Source: Flavobacteriales bacterium
Lineage (GTDB): Bacteria > Bacteroidota > Bacteroidia > Flavobacteriales_G > JALEGO01
Assembly: GCA_020631045.1 (NCBI GenBank)
Contig: JAHDHZ010000007.1
Location: forward strand, 1-62,913
Direction: 5' to 3'
DNA length: 62,913 nt
The translations under genes were made by a program, and so were the position numbers. Below the pieces are notes generated by a model. The model saw nothing but the letters and a program-made list of their open reading frames with translations, made no database searches and was not told the origin of the DNA. This document shows, piece after piece, positions 1-9,215 of this stretch (position 1 is the first letter of the stretch; each line of letters starts with the position of its first letter).

Positions 1-61
1 TAGTGATGAAAATGCACAAATTGAGAGTGATTTTCATTTCTCAGCCCAAGAAATTGTATAA
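1..61 (+). CDS. Probable 3' end of an upstream gene (partial; ...SDENAQIESDFHFSAQEIV*)
   Basis: Open frame 2-61 ending in TAA, followed by a terminator hairpin; too short to identify. Confidence 0.5.
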   Translation, partial: SDENAQIESDFHFSAQEIV

Positions 62-83
62 AAATTAGATCTCTTAAATGATT

Positions 84-114
84 AAAAGCTCAGCTTTTTT
101 AGCTGGGCTTTTTT
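84..114. terminator. Intrinsic terminator, probably bidirectional
   Basis: AAAAGCTCAGCT-ttttt-AGCTGGGCTTTT inverted repeat (one G:U) with A and T tracts either side. Confidence 0.75.
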
Positions 115-146
115 ATTTTAGCACCCATCTTAACTCGGCACAGACT

Positions 147-1544
147 ATGAAAAATCAAAACATCTCTTTTTCTTTAATCACTTTCTTATTTTTTGCATGG
201 GGTTTTATGACCTGCTTAAACGACCTTTTGATTCCGCACTTTAAAGCTGTTTTTGAATTGAATTATTTTCAAGCTATGCTCGTGCAATCTGCTTTTTTTA
301 GTGCTTACTTTTTCATTTCTCTACTGTACTTTTTATCTGCTCAAAACAACTATGACTTGATTGAAAAGTTTGGATACAAAAACACACTGGTCATTGGTTT
401 ATTGATTTGCTCGGTTGGATGTTTAACCTTTATGTTGGCTGCAAAAATGAGCGTGTTTTCAATTTTTTTAATCGCACTTTTTATCTTAGCATCAGGCATT
501 ACTTTGATTCAGATTGCTGCGAATCCTTATGTGTCTATTTTAGGTGATCAAAAGAGTGCTTCAGCTCGATTGAATTTCTCTCAAGGATTGAATTCACTGG
601 GATACACCATAGCGCCTGTTTTGGGCGGAATGATTTTATTTCAAGTAAGCCATCAGAGCACTCAAAATTTAATCAAACCTTACCTCTATCTTACAGTACT
701 TTTTGCGTTTACTGCTCTAATCTTTAAACTGCTCAAGCTCCCAGAACCCAATTATGAAAAATCTCCTACAAACCTAAATGCCAAAGATGTACTTGCTCAC
801 CATCAATTTAAACACTCCATGCTTGCTATTTTCTGCTATGTTGGTGCAGAAGTAGCAGTAGGAAGCATTTTAATCAATTTTTTAGGCCTTGAAAATGTTT
901 TTGGATTTGCTCCAGAAAAAGCCGATAAATTCTTGGCTTTCTATTGGGGAGGTCTTATGATCGGAAGATTCAATGGAGCGGTGTGGCTTAGCGAACTAAG
1001 GCAACAAAAAAAATTACTCAGTTCTATCTTATTAACACTTTTAAGTACTTTGGTAATTTACACAATGGCCATGAAAGGATGGGATGGTCATGTTTCATTG
1101 AATCAAACCTTAGTTTACTTAGGTTTTGTTGCGGTAAATTTCTTATTTTTTATAGTTGGAGGCAAGAGCTCAGCTGTATTGCTTAAACTTTTTGCTCTTG
1201 TTGTCTCAGCCTTACTACTTGGAGCTATTTTAATTCAAGGACAATTAGCTGGGTGGATGCTGATTGGCATTGGACTGTTTAATTCTATCATGTGGTCAAA
1301 TATTTTCACCTTATCACTCAAAGGAATGGACAGAGCAAGTTCTATTGCAAGTTCTTTATTGGTAATGATGATTGTAGGTGGCGCATTGATTCCGCCTATG
1401 CAAGGTTATTTAACTGATGTGCTGGTACGTTTTCAATGCTCTGAAGCTTTCGCTTTAAGATGCAGTTTAATCTTACCCTTAATCTGCTATCTGTATTTAT
1501 TTTATTACGCCAAATTAAAATCTTTTAGCGATACTGCATCTTAA
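147..1544 (+). CDS. FucP/GluP-family sugar:H+ symporter (MFS)
   Basis: FFAWGFMTCLNDLLIPHF, QIAANPYV, RLNFSQGLNSLG, YVGAEV, NSIMWSNIF motifs; start moved to ATG 147 because 78-146 overlaps the terminator. Confidence 0.9.
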   Translation: MKNQNISFSLITFLFFAWGFMTCLNDLLIPHFKAVFELNYFQAMLVQSAFFSAYFFISLLYFLSAQNNYDLIEKFGYKNTLVIGLLICSVGCLTFMLAAKMSVFSIFLIALFILASGITLIQIAANPYVSILGDQKSASARLNFSQGLNSLGYTIAPVLGGMILFQVSHQSTQNLIKPYLYLTVLFAFTALIFKLLKLPEPNYEKSPTNLNAKDVLAHHQFKHSMLAIFCYVGAEVAVGSILINFLGLENVFGFAPEKADKFLAFYWGGLMIGRFNGAVWLSELRQQKKLLSSILLTLLSTLVIYTMAMKGWDGHVSLNQTLVYLGFVAVNFLFFIVGGKSSAVLLKLFALVVSALLLGAILIQGQLAGWMLIGIGLFNSIMWSNIFTLSLKGMDRASSIASSLLVMMIVGGALIPPMQGYLTDVLVRFQCSEAFALRCSLILPLICYLYLFYYAKLKSFSDTAS

Positions 1545-3840
1545 AGGTTCCGCCCTTTGTGAAAGTTTGATGATCTATTCTTGCTTGCTTGAACTGCTGT
1601 TGCTGACAAAACACTCCCCAAAAAGCTTTATTTTCATTTGGCTTGTTGTTTTCTAGTACGATTTCTTTACCCTGGTAATATTTTTCTGACAATTGTATTT
1701 TCACACGATCAAAAATACTTGGGGTTATGCTGTAAGCAGGATTTGACTCACAGCCCCCATTCATTTGAAAAATACCCAACTTAAGCAGTACAGATAAACT
1801 ACCCATCAGCCCCTGATCTTCATCACCGCAGTATCCTGCATTGGGTTCTAAATCAGAATACACTTTTTCAACTACCCTCTCAGACCAATAATGTGTTAAA
1901 TCTGGTCTTGACAACTCATGAAAAATATGGGCCATATGAATTGAGGGTTGATTGCCATAATTCATATGTACTCGTGTGTTTTGCTCTTGTTCTCCTGCAT
2001 CATGAGATTTTCCTGCTACAAAACTATGCTGCTGGGCAACCTTAAAAATACTGTCTAACCTTTCAATGCATTTCTCTGATCCACCCATTAAATCTGCCAA
2101 ACCCTTTATGTCATGAGGTACCCACCATGTAAATTGAGCTGCATTGCCCTCAACCCATCCATTCTTATAAAGAAAAATATCCATTGAATCAACCCAAGCC
2201 CCCTTATTGTTCTTGAGCCACATATATTGTTTTTTAGGATGCCATAAATTTTTATAACTCTGAGATCTATGCATGAGCTTCTTATAGTTAACACGATCAT
2301 TCAAAGCTTTTGAAAATTGAGCCAAACACCAATCTTGATATGCATATTCTAAGGTTTGCCCTCCTCCATCTTGGTGAAATACTTTGGCTTGTTTTTCAGG
2401 TAAAGGGTAAGGAACATAGCCTTTTTGATCATAATGTGAGAAGCCTCCACCCAAATTTGAATAATGATCGTACCCAGCTTTAGACATTAAACCTTCTACA
2501 CTATGATTTTTCAATAATCCCTGATATGCTTTTTGAACATCAAAATCGCGAATGCCTTTTTGATAGGCACTTACGATAAAAGGTGTTGAAGAGGCCCCAG
2601 TCATTACATAGGTATAATTGCCTCCTGAAGGCCCCCTGGGAATCAATCCTCCATTTTCATACATGGTAAGCATTGATCTGATAAACTCACTGGTGATTTC
2701 AGGATAAACCAAATGCCATAAGGTATTTAATGTCCATTGAGCGCCCCAAAAACTATCTGAATTATACATCAGATGTTCTGGCTCACCATTTTTATCTAGA
2801 GCAACTGTGCGAACAACAGGCAAGTTTTGTGTCATATCCATATAAGAACCATTGTAATCACTTACTACCCTTCTACCTTGTAAAGCATGCCATAAATCAG
2901 TATAAAAGCGCTTTTGTGCTTTTTGTGTATTGCCCTGTACCTGGATTCTTGATAAATAAGTGTTCCACTCATCTTTTGATTCGTCAACAACACGCTGAAA
3001 ATCAAAATGATTGAGCTCTGATTGCATATTTAGTTTTGCATTTTCTATACTGGTATAAGAAATCGCTACCTTCATCATAATTTGTTGACCTTGGTCTGTT
3101 TTAAAATGTAGGCCTACTCCTGTAGAATCAGAAGTTAAGAATTGAATATTTTGGTTAATTTTTTGTTTGTTTTTCCAAAATATTGCAGCATCAAACTCAG
3201 TATCAAACAAGGCATAATAAAACACCTTTGTTGCCTTTGGCCTTCTTTTGGTCTTTCCCATCAAAGCCCAACCTTGAATGGTTTTATGATTGACCAATTC
3301 AATATGAGCAGAGTCTGTAGCACAAGGTCCTAAGACAGTTGAGAAATCAAATAAAATAAATGAAGAGTCTGACTTGGGAAAAGTGTATTTGTGTAGACCA
3401 ACTCTTTTTGTAGCTGTAAGTTCTGCATTGATCTGATAACTATTCAATTTCACTTGGTGATATCCTACTTCAACTGTCTCATCTTCATGTGAATAAGTAC
3501 TTCCATATTGCCTTGATCCTAAATGACCTTTAAAGGTACCTGTTTGAGCAAATACTGGAACTGCAGAGAGTTGCCAGGCATGCACGTGAGAGAACGCTTT
3601 GATACTATCTTCATTGTAGCGATAGCCAGCATTCCAAGCACCATTGGTAATCATATCTGGTGAAAGATTCATCATGCCAAATGGACGAGAAGTTGAATTA
3701 AAATAAAACCATCTTGAATTAGCTGCATCAACTAAAGGTTCAACCATATCTGTGTAGTCTATAACATTTGAATGCTTGTGAGATGTGCTACAAGAAAAGA
3801 TGCAAAGAATGCTTATGCAGGCTAAGATTTTAACTTTCAT
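1525..3840 (-). CDS. GH92 alpha-mannosidase, lipoprotein
   Basis: RPFGMMNLSPD, GQTLEYAYQDW, VEGNAAQFTW, YGNQPSIH, GDEDQG motifs; lipobox IFSC; start set at ATG 3840 just downstream of a -7 box. Confidence 0.9.
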   Translation of the reverse strand: MKVKILACISILCIFSCSTSHKHSNVIDYTDMVEPLVDAANSRWFYFNSTSRPFGMMNLSPDMITNGAWNAGYRYNEDSIKAFSHVHAWQLSAVPVFAQTGTFKGHLGSRQYGSTYSHEDETVEVGYHQVKLNSYQINAELTATKRVGLHKYTFPKSDSSFILFDFSTVLGPCATDSAHIELVNHKTIQGWALMGKTKRRPKATKVFYYALFDTEFDAAIFWKNKQKINQNIQFLTSDSTGVGLHFKTDQGQQIMMKVAISYTSIENAKLNMQSELNHFDFQRVVDESKDEWNTYLSRIQVQGNTQKAQKRFYTDLWHALQGRRVVSDYNGSYMDMTQNLPVVRTVALDKNGEPEHLMYNSDSFWGAQWTLNTLWHLVYPEITSEFIRSMLTMYENGGLIPRGPSGGNYTYVMTGASSTPFIVSAYQKGIRDFDVQKAYQGLLKNHSVEGLMSKAGYDHYSNLGGGFSHYDQKGYVPYPLPEKQAKVFHQDGGGQTLEYAYQDWCLAQFSKALNDRVNYKKLMHRSQSYKNLWHPKKQYMWLKNNKGAWVDSMDIFLYKNGWVEGNAAQFTWWVPHDIKGLADLMGGSEKCIERLDSIFKVAQQHSFVAGKSHDAGEQEQNTRVHMNYGNQPSIHMAHIFHELSRPDLTHYWSERVVEKVYSDLEPNAGYCGDEDQGLMGSLSVLLKLGIFQMNGGCESNPAYSITPSIFDRVKIQLSEKYYQGKEIVLENNKPNENKAFWGVFCQQQQFKQARIDHQTFTKGGTFKMQYR

Positions 3841-3844
3841 AACC

Positions 3845-3875
3845 CAAATATAGTGATACAAAAGTCATAAATTTG
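3845..3875. promoter_or_regulatory. Divergent Bacteroidota sigmaA -7 boxes
   Basis: TATATTTG on minus strand (3845-3852) and TAAATTTG on plus strand (3868-3875), each 4 nt from a start codon. Confidence 0.7.
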
Positions 3876-3879
3876 TAAA

Positions 3880-4644
3880 GTGAAAAATCTGTTCTTCTCT
3901 AAGACTTTTATTTATTTAGTAAGCTTTCAACTAAATGCACAATCTTCATGGGATCAGCTTGATGTCAACTACCAAAGCTTGATGCTCGAAAGCAAGACTG
4001 AAAAAGCCATTAAAATAGCTGAAAAACAGGTTGAAATTGCACACTCTTCAGAAACATCCAGCTACTTAAAACCTCTAAGCTATAGCAATTTGGCTGGCGC
4101 TCATCTACAAGCTAAGAATTTTGAGTTGGCTAAAATTAATTATAAGCAAGCTATTGAATTTGGAAAAGTATTTTTAGATACTTCAAACAGTAAACTCTTT
4201 AAATCTGACTTGAATGGCCTAGCGATTGCTCACTCAAGATTGGGCCATACAGATACAGCAATGACCATTTTTAGAAACGTACTCTCTCGCCTAAGCTTTA
4301 GAGATTCTAGTTTTAAGAAACAAGTGCATTTAAATATGATTGATTTATTTAAACGCCTTCAAAATGAAACAATGGTAAATAACCTTAGGGCAGAATTTAA
4401 TTTAGCTGCAGACACCTCTTGTGATTGCAATAAAGAAAAAGAGCTCAGTACAATTCATTCAGAAGACTCAAAAGAATTTCATCCGACAAAAAGTGAAGAA
4501 AGCAAATTTCATATTGTTCAAAAAAATGAAAACCTGTATGCATTATCTAGAAAATACAATACTAGTGTTGAAAAGCTTATTTTCTTGAACAAATTAAGCT
4601 CATATAAAATCGTAGTAGGGCAAAAATTACAGGTTAAAAAATAA
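3880..4644 (+). CDS. Secreted TPR protein with C-terminal LysM domain
   Basis: Signal peptide; TPR-like SYSNLAGAH and LNGLAIAHSRLG; LysM HIVQKNENLYALSRKYNTSVEKLIFLN...GQKLQV. Confidence 0.8.
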   Translation: MKNLFFSKTFIYLVSFQLNAQSSWDQLDVNYQSLMLESKTEKAIKIAEKQVEIAHSSETSSYLKPLSYSNLAGAHLQAKNFELAKINYKQAIEFGKVFLDTSNSKLFKSDLNGLAIAHSRLGHTDTAMTIFRNVLSRLSFRDSSFKKQVHLNMIDLFKRLQNETMVNNLRAEFNLAADTSCDCNKEKELSTIHSEDSKEFHPTKSEESKFHIVQKNENLYALSRKYNTSVEKLIFLNKLSSYKIVVGQKLQVKK

Positions 4645-4646
4645 TT

Positions 4647-5165
4647 TTATTCGTAAAAGCTTTTCAGTTTATTTAAAAAAGAATAGCCCTGCATATATCC
4701 GTCAATCTTACCTTTTTGCTGGCCATGCTCATCAAAAAATATTAAAGTAGGTAAATGTTCTACTTGATATTTTTGACTAAGCTCAATTCCATCAAAAGAC
4801 TCTGTATCAACACTCAATGCCAGCATATTATAGTCTATGTAGTCAACCAAAGGCTCGTAACGAAAGGTTTCTTTCTTGAGTTTTTTGCAAGGCCCACACC
4901 AAGAGGCGTTGAAGTATATAAAATAAGGACGTTTATAGGCTTTTGTCTTTGCTAAAAAAGAAGCAAAAGATTCTTTAAAAAAGATAACTTCTTTAAAGGC
5001 AATAGTATCTTGATTTATTGTATCGTTTTTTAAACTATCGTAATACTGCTCAAATTGTTTGTTCAACGCTTCTATCTCAGCATCTTTGTATAGAGGCAGC
5101 TCATTATTTTGAGCACTCAAGAGCTCTACAAAGAGAACCAATCCTATGAACAACAGATAACGCAC
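4647..5165 (-). CDS. Exported thioredoxin-family protein
   Basis: YFNASWCGPCKKL and LPTLIFFD motifs; signal peptide from GTG 5165. Confidence 0.85.
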   Translation of the reverse strand: MRYLLFIGLVLFVELLSAQNNELPLYKDAEIEALNKQFEQYYDSLKNDTINQDTIAFKEVIFFKESFASFLAKTKAYKRPYFIYFNASWCGPCKKLKKETFRYEPLVDYIDYNMLALSVDTESFDGIELSQKYQVEHLPTLIFFDEHGQQKGKIDGYMQGYSFLNKLKSFYE

Positions 5166-5170
5166 AATAA

Positions 5171-5207
5171 AAAAATCCTGTGTATGCAAAAGATACACAG
5201 GATTTTT
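5171..5207 (-). terminator. Intrinsic terminator after the PG-binding protein gene
   Basis: Perfect 15-bp inverted repeat AAAAATCCTGTGTAT-gcaaaag-ATACACAGGATTTTT. Confidence 0.8.
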
Positions 5208-5230
5208 GTTTTGTAATTATAAAACTTGAA

Positions 5231-6190
5231 TTACTTTACACCTAAAGCTTTTAAAGTTTCAAAGTTTAAGTTACCAATTGGTAGGTTGTTGTCTTTTTGA
5301 TATTCTACTAAAGCAGACTTAGTATCAGCTCCAAAAACATTGTCAACACCGTGAGGTCCTACGTTGTAACCAGCATTCATCAATGCTCTTTGAATCTGAG
5401 CAATTTTGCTTGAAGTTAACTTAGAGTTACACAAGATCTCTTTCCATTCACCAACAGTTTCAGGAGAAACCATTACTCTTTTAGAAACAGTTTTGTATTC
5501 AGCAGGAATAACAACTTCTTCAGTAGTCGCGGGAGCTACTAATACTTTTCTAGTCTCAGTTTTATAAATAGCTGGCAAAGTCTCTTCGATCACTCTAGCT
5601 GGCTGGTCAATCACTTTAGTGTAAACAGTCTTGTACACTGGTTCAGTTTTGATCTCTTCAAATTTAGCAGGAGTTTTCAACACTCTTTTATATACAGTTT
5701 TGTATTGAGCTGGAGTTTCTTTTAAACACCAAACATTACAATCTGAAGGATTTGCAGATAAACAGTTTGCATCGGCTTTACCTTTTACCCACTCTGTTTT
5801 TGAAGGAGAAACCAATACTTTTTCAGAAACAGTCTCGTAAGTCTCAGCAATGGTCTTCATTCTAGAAGTTCCTTCATGTACTAATACTTCTTCAGAAATA
5901 GTCTTGTAGGTAGCAGGAATTACTTTCTTTACAACTTGCTCTTCTTTCGCCAATACTTTGAATGTTTGAGTTTCATACTTAGCAGGAATTGTTTTTAATT
6001 TCTTTCCGGCAGGCTTTGTCATAATTCTCTCTGTCTGCGTTTCAAATACAGCAGGAATCTTACATTTAGCGTAACATTTTCCTGGCTCAGCGTTTGGTGG
6101 AAAATCTAAAAGCTCTGGAGTAGCATTGTTTTGCGCATTTAGCGTAGAAAATCCTAAAGCTAAAATGGCTATAAAGTTTAATTTTTTCAT
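5231..6190 (-). CDS. Secreted repeat protein with C-terminal peptidoglycan-binding (PG_binding_1-like) domain
   Basis: Signal peptide MKKLNFIAILALGFSTLNAQ; eight PAxYKT-type repeats; IQRALMNAGYNVG..VDNVFGADTKSALVEYQKDNNL. Confidence 0.85.
   Translation of the reverse strand: MKKLNFIAILALGFSTLNAQNNATPELLDFPPNAEPGKCYAKCKIPAVFETQTERIMTKPAGKKLKTIPAKYETQTFKVLAKEEQVVKKVIPATYKTISEEVLVHEGTSRMKTIAETYETVSEKVLVSPSKTEWVKGKADANCLSANPSDCNVWCLKETPAQYKTVYKRVLKTPAKFEEIKTEPVYKTVYTKVIDQPARVIEETLPAIYKTETRKVLVAPATTEEVVIPAEYKTVSKRVMVSPETVGEWKEILCNSKLTSSKIAQIQRALMNAGYNVGPHGVDNVFGADTKSALVEYQKDNNLPIGNLNFETLKALGVK
5429..6076 (-). repeat. Intragenic 23-aa repeat array (4 repeats + Cys loop + 4 repeats)
   Basis: IPAVFETQ/IPAKYETQ/IPATYKTI/IAETYETV then TPAQYKTV/TEPVYKTV/LPAIYKTE/IPAEYKTV, spaced 23 aa within each half. 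Confidence 0.85.
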
Positions 6191-6371
6191 GGTTCTAAAG
6201 GGATTAAAATTTTGTAATGCGAATCTAGCGATTGAAAAAATAATGATCAAGCAAATGCAGTAAATAAGCAACAAATACTTTGTTAAAAGGTTTTTTTTAG
6301 ATGTAAAATGCTTTAAAGGTTAGGGTAAACATAAAGTCATGAAACTTTTTAACCAAAAAAGTGGTATAAAA

Positions 6372-7301
6372 ATGCAAAACACAACAACAATGCGCATTTT
6401 AAAATCAATTTTTATACTAGCCCTTATCTCATTCTTTTCTTTTCATTATGGGCCAAATGATGATCAAAATCAATTCACTGAATTTTTAGCCAACAGTTAC
6501 TGTTCTAATGCTAAAGACATTTTAAATAAAAATAGTCACAACATTAGCAAATATGCTCAAAGCAATTCACTGAGTGATGTATTGACGGCTTTTCCTACAA
6601 TGGTGCATGAACATTATCATAGATATACCCATTCAATCAATTTAGAATCTGAGGTTCGTAAATACTTTATCAATGATGATTTAACCATTGAAGTGAATAC
6701 TTTTCCTGTATTTAGAAGTGAGGAGCTAAATGCTTTTGTGGATGAAGAATTTCAAAATCAAATTTTCAGGTATCAAGAGTACATTAGTTCTGATGATTTG
6801 AATTTAGATTCTCAGGCTAATGGGATTTTTGGAATTCTTGAGGAGTATACTGCTTATTATCAAGATTTACTTGCTTATCAAGAGCTTTATGGGTATTTGA
6901 GGGATCACATTGCTTTTAGCGAATCTCAGATTTGGGTTGATTATTTGATCAAAAACGCAGATGTTTTAACCTCAGGACATGAATTTAAACTCTTCATCTC
7001 TTGGTACATGCAATATGCCAAAATCAAACATCCTAAAACATATAGCCAAATTGTACAATCAGAACAACTTAAAAAGCTTTATAAAACTGTTAATGATGGA
7101 TTTCAAAAAGCCTCAGAACAATATTATGAAAATAGAGCCACCATCTTAGATGAGCTTGCTCCTTATATTGACCAAAGAGCTTTGTACATAAGAACTAAAG
7201 GAGATCGCTATTTTTATGAATTACCAGATCAAAATGTGTCTAAAGTAGCCTCTTTATTGTGCTCTAAAGAACATGAAATATTACTTGCTTTAAGCCAATA
7301 A
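6372..7301 (+). CDS. Secreted hypothetical protein, putative gluzincin metalloprotease
   Basis: N-terminal hydrophobic segment; VHEHYH (HExxH) and downstream LEEYTAY; start uncertain (6339, 6372 or 6390). Confidence 0.6.
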   Translation: MQNTTTMRILKSIFILALISFFSFHYGPNDDQNQFTEFLANSYCSNAKDILNKNSHNISKYAQSNSLSDVLTAFPTMVHEHYHRYTHSINLESEVRKYFINDDLTIEVNTFPVFRSEELNAFVDEEFQNQIFRYQEYISSDDLNLDSQANGIFGILEEYTAYYQDLLAYQELYGYLRDHIAFSESQIWVDYLIKNADVLTSGHEFKLFISWYMQYAKIKHPKTYSQIVQSEQLKKLYKTVNDGFQKASEQYYENRATILDELAPYIDQRALYIRTKGDRYFYELPDQNVSKVASLLCSKEHEILLALSQ

Positions 7302-7991
7302 ATAGTCTTTTAACAACTCTTTATAAGCTTTTGTATGAATTGAACTTTTGGTTTGAATCTCAATGGTATTTATAATCGGGGTTTCTTGATGTTTTGTAAA
7401 TTCAAGTATGACTCTAACTGCTCTGCCTTTGGCTTTGATGATGATTTTTTGCTTGAGAAACAGTAACTGATTTAAAGCAGTTTTAATTGCCAAAAAACAT
7501 TGAGCAAAGGGTAAAATCAGATAAATGCTTCCTGAACTAGATAGTATTTCAGTGCTTTTGAACATAAATTCAGATAAAGGTAAGTACTGATTGTTGCGCG
7601 CAAGTACTCTGTAACTTGGTTGATCTTTATTTACTTGAGTATCAAAAAATGGAGGATTTGAATAAATTAGATCTACTTTTTGTGTCGGCAAATAATCTTG
7701 AAACTTACAATGTTGCACCAAAAAACTATGCTGATCAAACTTAGCCGCCTCAATATTTGCCTTTGAACACTTCACTGCCTGAGGGTTTACATCTATTAAG
7801 TTAAAAGAAAGTGAGCTTGTTCTTTGAGCCAACATTAAGCTTACAACTGCGCTGCCACTGCCAACTTCTAATAATTGATTTGTGTTTTGAGGAACCTTTA
7901 TAAAAGCTCCCAACAAAAGAGCATCTGTTCCTATTTGAAAGACCTGATCAAAGACTTGAACTTGAAACCTTTTAAACTTAAAAACAGACAT
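7290..7991 (-). CDS. tRNA1(Val) (adenine(37)-N6)-methyltransferase (YfiC/TrmN-like)
   Basis: FKFKRF, IGTDALLLGA, EVGSGSAVVSLMLAQR, SNPPFF; typical position after rimM. Confidence 0.85.
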   Translation of the reverse strand: MSVFKFKRFQVQVFDQVFQIGTDALLLGAFIKVPQNTNQLLEVGSGSAVVSLMLAQRTSSLSFNLIDVNPQAVKCSKANIEAAKFDQHSFLVQHCKFQDYLPTQKVDLIYSNPPFFDTQVNKDQPSYRVLARNNQYLPLSEFMFKSTEILSSSGSIYLILPFAQCFLAIKTALNQLLFLKQKIIIKAKGRAVRVILEFTKHQETPIINTIEIQTKSSIHTKAYKELLKDYLLA

Positions 7992-8013
7992 TTAAAGAAA
8001 ATTCATAGCCTAT

Positions 8014-8511
8014 TTAAAGCTCAAAAAGCCCTTCAAATATTTGTACTTGAATGTTTTTATTGGAGTGATCAACTTCAATAATCAAACGCTCAGCTATGGG
8101 CACAAAATATTCTTTTTCATTTATCATTACACTGACCAAAGGGTTCACTTGATTGTCAATATGTTCTAAAATCAAACCAATCTCTTTGCCGTTTTGATCA
8201 ACTAATTTATAGCCCTTAAACGTAGGAGCTTCTAATGCTTTAATTTCTTGGGCTTGCTCTAAAAAAATTTGTCTTTTAAGTAGTTCTTGAGTTTGGTCAA
8301 TGTGATTTACTCCCTCAAAACTAAGTACAAATTGATTTTTTGATTTTTGATGCATCTCGACAACAAAAAACGGAATATAGCTGCCATCAATTAAACAATA
8401 TAAATGATCGATTTGAAGATAATCTACAGGATTGGGAACATCAAAAAAAGCCACAACAGCTCCTTTGAGACCGTGTGGCTTTAATATTTTTCCGAGTAAG
8501 AAATAGTTCAT
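8014..8511 (-). CDS. rimM: Ribosome maturation factor RimM
   Basis: GKILKPHGLKG motif; follows rpsP. Confidence 0.93.
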   Translation of the reverse strand: MNYFLLGKILKPHGLKGAVVAFFDVPNPVDYLQIDHLYCLIDGSYIPFFVVEMHQKSKNQFVLSFEGVNHIDQTQELLKRQIFLEQAQEIKALEAPTFKGYKLVDQNGKEIGLILEHIDNQVNPLVSVMINEKEYFVPIAERLIIEVDHSNKNIQVQIFEGLFEL

Positions 8512-8536
8512 GTTTCTTTACTCTTACAGAGCATTG

Positions 8537-9097
8537 TTAAGCTTGCTCTTCTTCTTTTGAATCAGCTTCTTTTGCTTCTTCTGGCTTTGCCTCAGCAACT
8601 GGCTCACTAGTTTCAGCAGGAGCTTCAGCAGCAGGCGGTGGAGCTAATTTCTCAGCAATTTTTTTCTCCATTTGTGCCTTGTATTCTTTTTCTGCTTTCA
8701 ATTTCGCAGCAGCCAAATCTTGCTTTTCTTTTGCAATAGCATCGATCTTTTTCTGAACTTTAGCTTCTTTGTCTTTCAACCAAGCTTCAAATTTCTTCTC
8801 AACTTGCTCTTCAGTCAATGCACCTTTTCTAACACCATTTAATAGGTGATTCTTATAAATTGCACCTTTGTATGACAACATTGCTCTGCAAGTATCTGTA
8901 GGCTGTGCTCCAACTTGAAGCCAATGAACAGCTCTATCCATGTCAAAATCAATTGTTGCAGGGTTTGTGTTTGGATTGTACTGACCTATTCTTTCAATGT
9001 ATTTACCATCACGCTTTGCTCTTGAATCAGCAATTACAATGTGGTATACTGGTCTACCTTTCTTTCCTTTTCTTTGGAGCCTAATTTTTGTTGCCAT
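8537..9097 (-). CDS. rpsP: 30S ribosomal protein S16 with Bacteroidota C-terminal extension
   Basis: [39 protein letters not shown]. Confidence 0.97.
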   Translation of the reverse strand: MATKIRLQRKGKKGRPVYHIVIADSRAKRDGKYIERIGQYNPNTNPATIDFDMDRAVHWLQVGAQPTDTCRAMLSYKGAIYKNHLLNGVRKGALTEEQVEKKFEAWLKDKEAKVQKKIDAIAKEKQDLAAAKLKAEKEYKAQMEKKIAEKLAPPPAAEAPAETSEPVAEAKPEEAKEADSKEEEQA

Positions 9098-9148
9098 AAA
9101 ATCTTAAAAATATGCTTGTACACGTACAAGCTTCGTTAAACATGAGGG

Positions 9149-9206
9149 CAAATTTACAACCTTTTGTCGAAAAACCATATGAATCACCTAATATGTTTTA
9201 ATTTTG
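9149..9206. promoter_or_regulatory. Divergent -7 boxes for rpsP (minus, 9149-9156) and rlmD (plus, 9199-9206)
   Basis: TAAATTTG and TAATTTTG match TAnnTTTG. Confidence 0.7.
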
Positions 9207-9215
9207 CGCACGCTA

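Noticed and set aside
78-146. N-terminal extension of the MFS ORF
   Set aside because: Overlaps a terminator hairpin; ATG 147 fits the family better
1000-1170. Extra hydrophobic segment in the FucP-like transporter
   Set aside because: As I recall, such extra helices are usual in flavobacterial members of this family
8537-8800. Long Ala/Glu/Lys/Pro tail on S16 and no trmD/rplS after rimM
   Set aside because: Normal for Bacteroidota
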